Shown: positions 1-8,026 of the stretch, in pieces | Numbering within the stretch: the stretch's first letter is position 1 | Layout of the letters: every line of letters starts with the position of its first letter | Assembly (NCBI GenBank): GCA_049840615.1 | Contig: JASGKM010000007.1 | Span: forward strand, 31,849-95,848 | Source: Pseudomonas sp. | Lineage (GTDB): Bacteria > Pseudomonadota > Gammaproteobacteria > Pseudomonadales > Pseudomonadaceae | Direction of reading: 5' to 3' | DNA: 64,000 bases | The notes under the pieces: generated by a model | Seen by the model: the letters and a program-made list of their open reading frames with translations, nothing else | Database searches by the model: none | What the model was told of the DNA's origin: nothing | Made by a program: the position numbers and the translations under genes

Positions 1-617
1 TCGGCCAGCTGGGCTACCAGCACAAGGAAGAAAGCTTCACGGCACTGGAAGACACCCTGGAAGCCCTCGACGAGCAGGTTCGCGCCGGCAAGATCCGCCA
101 TATCGGCCTGTCCAACGAAACGCCCTGGGGCACCATGCGCTTCCTGCAGATCGCCCAGGAGCGCGGCTGGCCGCGCGCCGTGTCGATCCAGAACCCTTAC
201 AACCTGCTCAACCGCAGCTTCGAGGTGGGCCTGGCGGAAATCGCCATCCGCGAGCAGATCGGCCTGCTGGCTTACTCGCCGCTGGCCTTTGGCATGCTCT
301 CGGGCAAGTACTTCGGCGGCGCCCGCCCGGCCAATGCACGGATCACTCTGTTCAGCCGCTTCACCCGCTACACCAACCCGCAGACCGCCCGCGCCTGCGA
401 CCGCTACGTGACCCTGGCCCGCGAGCACGGACTGGACCCGGCGCAGATGGCCCTGGCCTTCGTCACCAGCCGGCCTTTCGTGACCAGCAACATCATCGGC
501 GCGACCAACCTCGAGCAACTGGAAGCCAACCTTGGCAGCTTCGAGCTGAAGCTCTCCGACGAGGTGCTGGCCGGCATCGAGGCGATCCACAAGGACCAGC
601 CGAACCCGGCGCCCTGA
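1..617 (+). CDS. NADP(H)-dependent aldo/keto reductase (Tas-like), 5' end cut by window edge
   Basis: Frame 3 is open from the window start to TGA at 617. AKR-type motifs are present (GKIRHIGLSNETPWG, SIQNPYNLLNR). A hairpin terminator follows. Confidence 0.85.
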   Translation, partial: GQLGYQHKEESFTALEDTLEALDEQVRAGKIRHIGLSNETPWGTMRFLQIAQERGWPRAVSIQNPYNLLNRSFEVGLAEIAIREQIGLLAYSPLAFGMLSGKYFGGARPANARITLFSRFTRYTNPQTARACDRYVTLAREHGLDPAQMALAFVTSRPFVTSNIIGATNLEQLEANLGSFELKLSDEVLAGIEAIHKDQPNPAP

Positions 618-631
618 CCGCCCCGCAAACG

Positions 632-659
632 AAAAAGCCCGGCAATGCCGGGCTTTTTT
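632..659. terminator. Bidirectional rho-independent terminator between convergent genes
   Basis: aaaaagcccggc-aat-gccgggctttttt: a GC stem flanked by an A-run and a T-run. Confidence 0.8.
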
Positions 660-671
660 CATCCGCTGCGG

Positions 672-1808
672 TTACAGCGCGCGGGCGATGATTTCCTTCA
701 TGATCTCGTTGGTGCCGGCGTAGATGCGCTGCACGCGCGCATCGGCCCAGGCGCGGGCAATCGGGTACTCCCACATGAAGCCGTAGCCACCATGCAGTTG
801 CACGCATTCATCGAGCACCTTGCATTGCAGGTCCGTGGTCCAGTACTTGGCCATCGCTGCCGTGGGCACGTCCAGCTTGCCCTCCAGGTGCTGCTCGAGG
901 CAGCGATCGACGAAAACGCGGCCAACCTGGATCTCGGTGGCCATTTCCGCGAGCTTGAAGCGCGTGTTCTGGAAGTCCGCGACGGATTTTCCGAAGGCCT
1001 TGCGGTCGCGGGTGTAGTCCAGCGTCCACTTCAACGCCGCTTCGGCCGAGGCCAGTGCACCGAGGGCGACGGTCAGGCGCTCCTGGGGCAGTTCCTGCAT
1101 CAGGTAGATGAACCCCTGCCCGTCCTTGCCCAGCAGGTTTTCCTTGGGGATGCGCACGTCCTGGAAGAACAGCTCGGAGGTGTCCTGGGCCTTCATGCCG
1201 ACCTTCTCCAGGCGCTTGCCCTTGCTGAAGCCCGGCGTGCCCGCCTCCACCAGGAACAAGCTGGTGCCCTTGGCGCCAGCCTTGGGGTCGGTTTTGGCGA
1301 CCACGATTACCAGATCGGCCAGCCAGCCGTTGGTGATGAAGGTCTTCGAGCCATTGATCACGTACTCATCGCCATCCAGCACGGCGGTGGTCTTCACACC
1401 CTGCAGGTCTGAGCCCGCGCCCGGCTCGGTCATGGCGATGGCCGACACCATCTCGCCGGAAATCAGCTTGGGCAGGTAGCGCTGCTTCAGCTCTTCGCTG
1501 CCGTAGTGAAGGATGTAGGGCGCGACAATGTCCGAATGCAGCGAGAAACCGATGCCGGTCAGGCCCAGGCGACCGATCTCCTCGATCACCACGGCGCTGT
1601 AGAGGAAGTCCGCCGCCATGCCGCCGTAGGCCTCGGGCAGGTGCGAACAGAGCATCCCGGCCTCACCCGCCTTGTTCCACAGCTGGCGGTCGATGTGGCC
1701 ATCCTTTTCCCACTGGGCGTGGAAGGGCACCGCCTCCTGTTCGAGAAACTTGCGGACGCTGTCGCGGAACAGCTCGTGATCGGAAGTGAACAGGGTTCTT
1801 GGAATCAT
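672..1808 (-). CDS. acyl-CoA dehydrogenase
   Basis: ORF 672..2300 trimmed to ATG at 1808 (MIPRTLFTSDHELFRDSV), giving 378 aa. ACAD hallmarks are present (AMTEPGAGSD; C-terminal GGYGFMWEYPIARAWADARVQRIYAGTNEIMKEII). Confidence 0.9.
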   Translation of the reverse strand: MIPRTLFTSDHELFRDSVRKFLEQEAVPFHAQWEKDGHIDRQLWNKAGEAGMLCSHLPEAYGGMAADFLYSAVVIEEIGRLGLTGIGFSLHSDIVAPYILHYGSEELKQRYLPKLISGEMVSAIAMTEPGAGSDLQGVKTTAVLDGDEYVINGSKTFITNGWLADLVIVVAKTDPKAGAKGTSLFLVEAGTPGFSKGKRLEKVGMKAQDTSELFFQDVRIPKENLLGKDGQGFIYLMQELPQERLTVALGALASAEAALKWTLDYTRDRKAFGKSVADFQNTRFKLAEMATEIQVGRVFVDRCLEQHLEGKLDVPTAAMAKYWTTDLQCKVLDECVQLHGGYGFMWEYPIARAWADARVQRIYAGTNEIMKEIIARAL

Positions 1809-1970
1809 GCGGTGCACCTGCGAATCGGTTTTAGAGTTATTGGAAGGCCGACTGTAGGCCAAGCACGAACCGCTCTGCACTGGACACTTTCGCCAAAAAA
1901 TAAGACGATCCAGCCGCATCATGACCGCTTTAGCGTCATGCAAAGACATCCATAAGAAGTACAAGAACCG

Positions 1971-2969
1971 ATGCCCAACCCAGCTTCCCGCGCGCTGCGC
2001 CGCGTCAGCATTCTCGCCACCCACGGCGTGTTCGGCTCCACCCTGATGCAGGCCAAGGATTTCTTCCACATGGCCGCCCTGCGCCATGGCCGCCAACAGG
2101 GCCTCGGCCTGCAGCCCAGCTTCGAGACCCGCATCGTCAGCCCCGACGGCCAGCCGGTGATGAGCTTCAGCGGCGATCTCCTGCCAGTGCACGGTGCCCT
2201 CGACGAGCCGGAACTGGTCATCCTCCCCGCTTTCTGGGGCGACTTCGACGAACTGCTGACCCTCTACCCGCAGGTGATGCCCTGGCTGCGCGAGCGCCAT
2301 GCGGCGGGCTGCGTACTGTGCGGCGAGGTCTCCGGGGTGTTCTGGCTGGCCGAGGCGGGATTACTCGACGGCAAGGAGGCGACCACCTACTGGCGATTCT
2401 TCCGCGAATTCGCCGAGCGCTACCCCAACGTACTGCTCAACCAGGAGAAACACATCGCGGATGCCGACAACATCTACACCGCAGGCGGCCTTACCTCGGC
2501 CTGCGACCTGTACATCTACCTGATCGAACACTTCTGCGGCGCCACAGTGGCCCAGGGCGTGGCCCGCGATATTCTCTACGAGGTGCAGCGCAGCTACGTG
2601 CCCGGCCGACTTGGATTCGGCGGACAGAAACTGCACCACGACCCGGCAATCCTGCAGATCCAGCACTGGCTCGAAGAGCACTTCTGCGACAAGTTCCGCT
2701 TCGAGGACGTCGCCCGCGAGCACGGCATGAGCATTCGCAACTTCATGCGGCGCTTCCAGGCGGCCACCGGCGACAAGCCGCTGCACTACCTGCAACGCCT
2801 GCGCATCGAGACCGCGCGCAACCTGCTATCCACCAGCCGCAAGAGCATCAAGACGATCAGCTACGAAGTCGGCTACGACGACGCCAGCTTCTTCGCCCGC
2901 CTGTTCAGGCAGCACACCGGGCTTTCGCCGAATCATTACCGGCGCCAGTACGAACAGAAGGAAGCCTGA
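1971..2969 (+). CDS. AraC/GlxA-family transcriptional regulator (DJ-1/PfpI-like N-domain plus AraC HTH)
   Basis: 332 aa. C-terminal AraC HTH (SIKTISYEVGYDDASFFARLFRQHTGLSPNHYRR). Divergent from the acyl-CoA dehydrogenase gene. Confidence 0.85.
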   Translation: MPNPASRALRRVSILATHGVFGSTLMQAKDFFHMAALRHGRQQGLGLQPSFETRIVSPDGQPVMSFSGDLLPVHGALDEPELVILPAFWGDFDELLTLYPQVMPWLRERHAAGCVLCGEVSGVFWLAEAGLLDGKEATTYWRFFREFAERYPNVLLNQEKHIADADNIYTAGGLTSACDLYIYLIEHFCGATVAQGVARDILYEVQRSYVPGRLGFGGQKLHHDPAILQIQHWLEEHFCDKFRFEDVAREHGMSIRNFMRRFQAATGDKPLHYLQRLRIETARNLLSTSRKSIKTISYEVGYDDASFFARLFRQHTGLSPNHYRRQYEQKEA

Positions 2970-3060
2970 AACAGGCCATCCCTAGGATGGGTTCACGGAC
3001 TCGGGTGCCGCCCTATGATTCGGGCAGCTTTCGACAACAAGAACTCAACGGGATATCGCC

Positions 3061-4026
3061 ATGCGCCGCTTTCTGCTTGCCCTGTTGGCCGTCTTCAGCC
3101 TGAACGCTGTGGCGGACGACACCTGGAAACCCTTCCCCTACGACCAGAGCGCCTTCGACTACAGCGGCGACAAGCTGCGCGAAGCCTGGCCACGGTTGAC
3201 CCGCGGCTTCGGCGCCAACTACCCGTTCCCGGATGCGGACTGGGTGGTGACCATGGCCACGAAGCATCCCGAAGCCCTGGAGAAAACCGTGGCCGCTGGC
3301 ACCGGCTTCAGCGGCAAGCCGGAAGAGGCGCAGGTCTATGCCGAGAAGTTGCAGGACGTGTGGCGCAAGGTATTTCGCGGCGACTTCGCCCAGGCCAAGA
3401 AAGATGGCCTGGCGCTGGGCGTCGGCGGCCAGGTGCCGGGTATGTTCGCGCAAGTTCTGTACGCGATGTTCCTCGCGCCGAACCAGGACGAGAAGCAGCG
3501 CCTGCTGGAGGAAGTCATCAGCTACACCGACGAGGCCGGCCCGCTGCTCAATGCCGACCCCATCGCCCAGTTCGGCCGCGCCTACGCCAAAGCACGCCTG
3601 GCCGAGGACCTGCCAGTGCCGGTGGTGCTCAAGCGTGGCTATACCAGCGAGATTCCCAAAGAACTGGACGCCCTGCTGGCCAAGCAGCCGAACCAGCCGT
3701 TCGCCCTGGCGCTCTACGGCGGCTATGAGGCCGGTGTGATCCGCAAGGTCGGCAAGCTGGTAGGCAAGATGACCTATGGGGTGAGCGCGGACAAGATGGA
3801 GCAGTACTTCGCCCGCTCCTTCCGCGCCGCCGACGACCTCCCCATCGGTCACTACGAATACGCCAACGCGCTGGGCTATGTGTACGGCGAGGACGAGGAG
3901 CAAAAGGCGCTGGATCAGTTGAAGAAGGCCGTGGCGATCAAGCCGATCAACGCCATGGAAGCGCTGGAAGTCGCCCATGCCCAGCAACTGCTGAAGAAGG
4001 CACAGCAGGAGATGGCGCAGCGCTGA
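3061..4026 (+). CDS. exported hypothetical protein
   Basis: 321 aa with a signal peptide (MRRFLLALLAVFSLNAVA/DD). Coding-like composition. No family recognised by eye. Confidence 0.7.
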   Translation: MRRFLLALLAVFSLNAVADDTWKPFPYDQSAFDYSGDKLREAWPRLTRGFGANYPFPDADWVVTMATKHPEALEKTVAAGTGFSGKPEEAQVYAEKLQDVWRKVFRGDFAQAKKDGLALGVGGQVPGMFAQVLYAMFLAPNQDEKQRLLEEVISYTDEAGPLLNADPIAQFGRAYAKARLAEDLPVPVVLKRGYTSEIPKELDALLAKQPNQPFALALYGGYEAGVIRKVGKLVGKMTYGVSADKMEQYFARSFRAADDLPIGHYEYANALGYVYGEDEEQKALDQLKKAVAIKPINAMEALEVAHAQQLLKKAQQEMAQR

Positions 4027-4036
4027 GTGTTCACAG

Positions 4037-4112
4037 GTAGGAGCGAGCTTGCTCGCGAACAGTTCACCGGCCGCTCGGGAGCCGAGCGGTTCGCGAGCAA
4101 GCTCGCTCCTAC
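4037..4112. repeat. REP-type long inverted repeat (two inverted copies of gtaggagcgagcttgctcgcgaac)
   Basis: 4037-4060 is the exact reverse complement of 4089-4112. The spacer holds its own 8-bp palindrome (ccgctcgg/ccgagcgg). Location is intergenic. Confidence 0.75.
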
Positions 4113-4126
4113 AAAAAGCCCAAACG

Positions 4127-4155
4127 AAAAAGGCTGCCCTCGGGCAGCCTTTTTC
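4127..4155. terminator. Bidirectional rho-independent terminator
   Basis: aaaaaggctgccc-tcg-ggcagccttttt, lying between convergent genes. Confidence 0.75.
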
Positions 4156-4168
4156 ATTCACCGAACCG

Positions 4169-5263
4169 TCAGGGACGGTGCGGGCGGCTCAGGTATTCGT
4201 GGGACTGCATTTCCAGCAGGCGGCTCAGGGTACGCTGGAATTCGAACTCCAGGCGCCCACCGGTGTACAAGTCCTTGAGCTCGACCTCGGCGGAGAGGAT
4301 CAGCTTGACGTTGCGGTCGTAGAACTCGTCCACCAGGTTGATGAAGCGGCGGGCCATGTCGTCCTTGGCCACGCCCATCTGCTCGACGTTGGAGATCAGG
4401 ATGGCGTGGAAGATCTTCGCCAGCTCGATGTAGTCGTTCTGGCTGCGCGGGCCGTCGCACAGCTCGCGGAACTCGAACCAGGCCACGTCATCGCAGGTGA
4501 TGCGCGCGCGGATTTCACGGTTCTCGATCATCAGGGCGTCATCGCGGGTGGCCGCGGCACACTCCGGGGTCAGCGCCTTGAAGTCGCGGGTCATGGCCTG
4601 CTCGGCCTGCTCGGACAGCGGCCAGTGGTACAGCTCGGCCTGCTCCAGGGCACGCAGGCGGTAGTCCACGCCGCTGTCGACGTTGACCACCTCGGTGTGC
4701 TGCTTGACCAGAGCGATGGCCGGCAGGAAGCGGGCGCGCTGCAGGCCGTCCTTGTACAGGCCGTCCGGCACGATGTTGGAGGTTGCCACCAGGCTGACGC
4801 CGTTCTTGAACAGCTCTTCCAGCAGGGTCGCGAGGATCATCGCGTCGGTGATGTCGGAGACGAAGAATTCGTCGAAGCAGATCACCCGTGCCTCGTCGGC
4901 GAAACGCTTGCCGATGATGGTCAGCGGGTTCTTCTCGCCCTTGAGGGTCTTCATTTCCTCGTGGACGCGCTTCATGAAGCGGTGGAAGTGCGTGCGCATC
5001 TTCTGCTTGAAGGGCAGCGCCTCGAAGAAGGTATCCACCAGGTAGGTCTTGCCACGGCCGACGCCGCCCCAGAAGTACAGGCCCTTCACCGGCTCCTGGG
5101 ACTTCTTGCCCAGCAGCTTGCCGAACAGGCCGGTCTTGCCCTTATCGGCGGCGACCAGGTCGTCGTAGAGGCGTTGCAGGTGCTTCACGGCGTTCGCTTG
5201 CGCGGCGTCGTGGAAGAAATCGGGGCGTTTGAGGTCTTCCTGGTAGCGCTGAAGAGGCGTCAT
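4169..5263 (-). CDS. zapE: AFG1-family ATPase / cell division protein ZapE
   Basis: ORF 4169..5455 trimmed to ATG at 5263 (MTPLQRYQEDLKRPDFF), giving 364 aa. Walker A motif GGVGRGKT. Confidence 0.88.
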   Translation of the reverse strand: MTPLQRYQEDLKRPDFFHDAAQANAVKHLQRLYDDLVAADKGKTGLFGKLLGKKSQEPVKGLYFWGGVGRGKTYLVDTFFEALPFKQKMRTHFHRFMKRVHEEMKTLKGEKNPLTIIGKRFADEARVICFDEFFVSDITDAMILATLLEELFKNGVSLVATSNIVPDGLYKDGLQRARFLPAIALVKQHTEVVNVDSGVDYRLRALEQAELYHWPLSEQAEQAMTRDFKALTPECAAATRDDALMIENREIRARITCDDVAWFEFRELCDGPRSQNDYIELAKIFHAILISNVEQMGVAKDDMARRFINLVDEFYDRNVKLILSAEVELKDLYTGGRLEFEFQRTLSRLLEMQSHEYLSRPHRP

Positions 5264-5282
5264 GATCGGTAGCAAGGCAACG

Positions 5283-5318
5283 AAAACGGGGGCGCACACT
5301 TTAGCGGCGCCCCCGTTT
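5283..5318 (-). terminator. Putative rho-independent terminator downstream of trpS
   Basis: gggggcgc/gcgccccc stem, with a U-run on the minus strand (plus-strand aaaa at 5283-5286). Confidence 0.55.
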
Positions 5319-5357
5319 CTTGGCAATTGGCCGGTAGTCGGACCAGCCTGCTGCGCC

Positions 5358-6698
5358 TCACTCCTGCGCAGCGAGAGCCTCGCGCAGACGCTGCATGGCG
5401 GCGTCACGCTCCGCGTCGGCGGAGAACTCCGGGCTGTACGCCACGGCTTCGCCATCCAGACGCACGCTGAAGGCGTTCAGCTCGGCGTGCAGGTCCAGTG
5501 CTTCGGACTGCAGACGCTTGGTCACCTGGCCGGCGGCCTTGCCATCGGCGAAGGCGATGGAGAGCAGCAGTTGCTCGCCCGCGGCATCGAGCAGGCGGAA
5601 GCGGAAGCCGTCGTCCTCGCGGAAGCTGACGAAACGCGCGGCTTTGGCGGCTTTCTTCTTGCCCTCGGTCGCCACCTGCACCTGCTCGCGGAACGAGCGC
5701 AGGCCCACGGCCTCGCGCAGCTCGCCGAGGAACGGAGTGGCAATGCGGCGGGCCTTGGCGGCACCGGCCAGGAGGATGTCCTCCAGGTCGGCCGGGCGGG
5801 TGATCAGCGCGTGGTAGCGCTCGCGGGCCTCACCCAGTTCGTTGTCGAGCAGTTCGAACAGGCGCTGCTTGGCTTCGCCCCAGGCCAGACCGCCGAGCAG
5901 TTCGGCGCGGAACGCAGCCTGTTGCTCGTGGGTGGAGAAGGCCTGATAGAGGGTGAACAGGTGTGAGTTGTCCGGGTCTTTCGGCTCGCCCGGTGCACGG
6001 GAGTCAGTGACGATGCGAGCGACGGCGTCCTTGAGCTGCTTGGCGCTGCCGAACAGCGGGATAGTGTTGTCGTAGCTCTTGGACATCTTGCGACCGTCCA
6101 GGCCCGGCAGGGTCGCCACGTCTTCCTCGATCACCACTTCCGGCAGGGTGAACAGCTCTTTGCCATTGCCGAACAGGTGGTTGAAGCGCTGGCCGATGTC
6201 GCGGGCCATTTCCACGTGCTGGATCTGGTCGCGGCCGACCGGCACCTTGTGGGCGTTGAACATCAGGATGTCCGCGGCCATCAGTACCGGGTAGCTGTAC
6301 AGGCCCATGGTGACGCCGGCGTCCGGGTCTTCGCCGGCCTCGACGTTCTTGTCCACCGAAGCCTTGTAGGCGTGGGCGCGGTTGAGCAGGCCCTTGGCGC
6401 TGACGCAGGTGAGCAGCCAGGTCAGTTCGGGAATTTCGGGAATATCGGACTGGCGATAGAAGGTCGCCTTGTCCGCATCCAGGCCGCAGGCCAGCCAGGT
6501 CGCGGCAATTTCCAGGCGCGAACGCTGGATGCGCGCCGGGTCATCGCATTTGATCAGTGCGTGGTAGTCGGCCAGGAAGTAGAAGGAATCTGCCTGCGGA
6601 TCGCGGCTGGCGACAATGGCCGGGCGGATGGCGCCGGCGTAGTTGCCCAGGTGCGGAGTACCGGTGGTGGTGATGCCGGTCAGGATACGGGTCGTCAT
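5358..6698 (-). CDS. trpS: tryptophan--tRNA ligase with C-terminal extension
   Basis: 446 aa. Class I motifs are present ([10 protein letters not shown]; KMSKS). About 105 residues extend beyond a canonical TrpRS core. Confidence 0.95.
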   Translation of the reverse strand: MTTRILTGITTTGTPHLGNYAGAIRPAIVASRDPQADSFYFLADYHALIKCDDPARIQRSRLEIAATWLACGLDADKATFYRQSDIPEIPELTWLLTCVSAKGLLNRAHAYKASVDKNVEAGEDPDAGVTMGLYSYPVLMAADILMFNAHKVPVGRDQIQHVEMARDIGQRFNHLFGNGKELFTLPEVVIEEDVATLPGLDGRKMSKSYDNTIPLFGSAKQLKDAVARIVTDSRAPGEPKDPDNSHLFTLYQAFSTHEQQAAFRAELLGGLAWGEAKQRLFELLDNELGEARERYHALITRPADLEDILLAGAAKARRIATPFLGELREAVGLRSFREQVQVATEGKKKAAKAARFVSFREDDGFRFRLLDAAGEQLLLSIAFADGKAAGQVTKRLQSEALDLHAELNAFSVRLDGEAVAYSPEFSADAERDAAMQRLREALAAQE

Positions 6699-6758
6699 GG
6701 GAATCCAGGAATCAACACAAATGAAATGGCGGGCCGGATGGTAACGCGGCCGGCCGAC

Positions 6759-7385
6759 CTAGGCGAGCCGGGCTTGTATCAGGTCCTTGAGCTCGATCAG
6801 CTTGCCGTGGAAGAAATGGCTGCACTCGGGGATGCGGATCAGTTCGTGGGGCTTGCTCAGCTCGGCGCTCCAGGCATAAACGCGCTCGGGCGTGACCACT
6901 TCGTCGGCTTCCGGCTGGATCACTGTCAGCGGGCAGCGCTCGGGCAGGTCGACATCGAAGCGCTCCACCGGCGGCGCCAGCATGAACAGTTGCGCGAGCT
7001 CGGCGCCCTCCTCTTCCAGACGCTCGGCGGCGTTGCCGGCCACGCAGGAGCCGAAGGAAAAACCCATCAGCGTCAGCGGCAGGTCCGGATGCTGCTCGGC
7101 GAGCCAGCGTGCGGCAGCCAGAGCATCGTCGACCTCGCCGCGGCCTTCGGCATAACTGCCGGCGCTCTGACCCACGCCACGAAAATTGAAACGCAGAGTG
7201 GCGTATCCTGCATCCCTTGCAGCGCGCTGCAGGGTGGCGACCACCTTGTTCTGCATGGTGCCGGCGAACAGCGGATGCGGATGACAGATCAGCGCGACGC
7301 CCGTGGCGTCGGGCGTGGCGAGGTGCAGGGCTTCCAGCTGGCCCTCGGGGCCGTCGAGGAACAGGGGGATTTCGCGGGTGGTCAA
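6759..7385 (-). CDS. alpha/beta-fold hydrolase
   Basis: 208 aa with a GFSFG nucleophile-elbow motif. Its position next to trpS matches other pseudomonads. Confidence 0.8.
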   Translation of the reverse strand: MTTREIPLFLDGPEGQLEALHLATPDATGVALICHPHPLFAGTMQNKVVATLQRAARDAGYATLRFNFRGVGQSAGSYAEGRGEVDDALAAARWLAEQHPDLPLTLMGFSFGSCVAGNAAERLEEEGAELAQLFMLAPPVERFDVDLPERCPLTVIQPEADEVVTPERVYAWSAELSKPHELIRIPECSHFFHGKLIELKDLIQARLA

Positions 7386-7524
7386 ACAACAGCTCCGTGA
7401 CCCCGTGGCGGGTCGTCTCGTCTAGCTCAATACCTGCGCAGGCGGCGAAGCATTCGCCACGGTATACAAGCACAGGTGCAAGCCGCTAACGTAAAGCAAA
7501 GCCGTCTATAGAGGAAGGATTCGC

Positions 7525-7965
7525 GTGGAACAGTCCCTCACCACCTGGTTGCTGCCGCTACTCGCCCTGATCGTCGGGGTCGGCATCGGCTTTCTGATCG
7601 CCCGTCTGCTGCCCAACGCCGCGCCCAACAAGCTGCAGCGCCAGGTGGACGACATGCAGGATCGTTTCGATAGCTACCAGCGCGAAGTGGTGACCCACTT
7701 CAGCACCTCCGCCAGCCTGATGAAGAAGCTCACCCAGAGCTATCAGGATGTGCAGGAGCATCTGTCCGAGGGCGCCGAGCGCCTGGCCCTGGACGAACAG
7801 ACCAAGCAGCGCCTGCTGGCCGCCCTGCACACCGACGAATACCCCGAGCGCCGCGAGCGCCTGACCCCGCCGGCGAACAACGAAGCGCCGCGCGACTACG
7901 CGCCCAAGACCGGCGACGGCCCGGGCACCCTGGACGAGACGTACGGGCTGAAAAGCAAGTACTGA
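7525..7965 (+). CDS. yhcB: YhcB/ZapG-like inner-membrane protein (DUF1043)
   Basis: 146 aa. GTG start preceded by a GAGGAAGG RBS. One N-terminal TM helix, then a charged coiled-coil-like region. Confidence 0.8.
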   Translation: MEQSLTTWLLPLLALIVGVGIGFLIARLLPNAAPNKLQRQVDDMQDRFDSYQREVVTHFSTSASLMKKLTQSYQDVQEHLSEGAERLALDEQTKQRLLAALHTDEYPERRERLTPPANNEAPRDYAPKTGDGPGTLDETYGLKSKY

Positions 7966-7980
7966 GGTCTTCGCACCAAC

Positions 7981-8015
7981 GAAAAAGCCCCGCCGATGCG
8001 GGGCTTTTTCATTCA
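7981..8015. terminator. Bidirectional terminator hairpin; left copy of a 35-bp direct repeat
   Basis: gaaaaagccccgc-cgat-gcggggctttttcattca. Identical at 32 of 35 positions to 12258-12292. Confidence 0.75.
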
Positions 8016-8026
8016 TCCGGCCAGGA

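Noticed and set aside
672-2300. N-terminal extensions of ORF-track entries. Examples: 672..2300, 4169..5455, 14706..16571, 17377..18651, 19780..21150, 21225..21932, 33925..34977, 39891..41612 and 62482..63555.
   Set aside because: The extended parts overlap neighbouring genes or promoters and translate to non-protein-like sequence. Internal ATG/GTG codons that reproduce the conserved N-termini, often with an RBS or stop/start overlap, were used instead.
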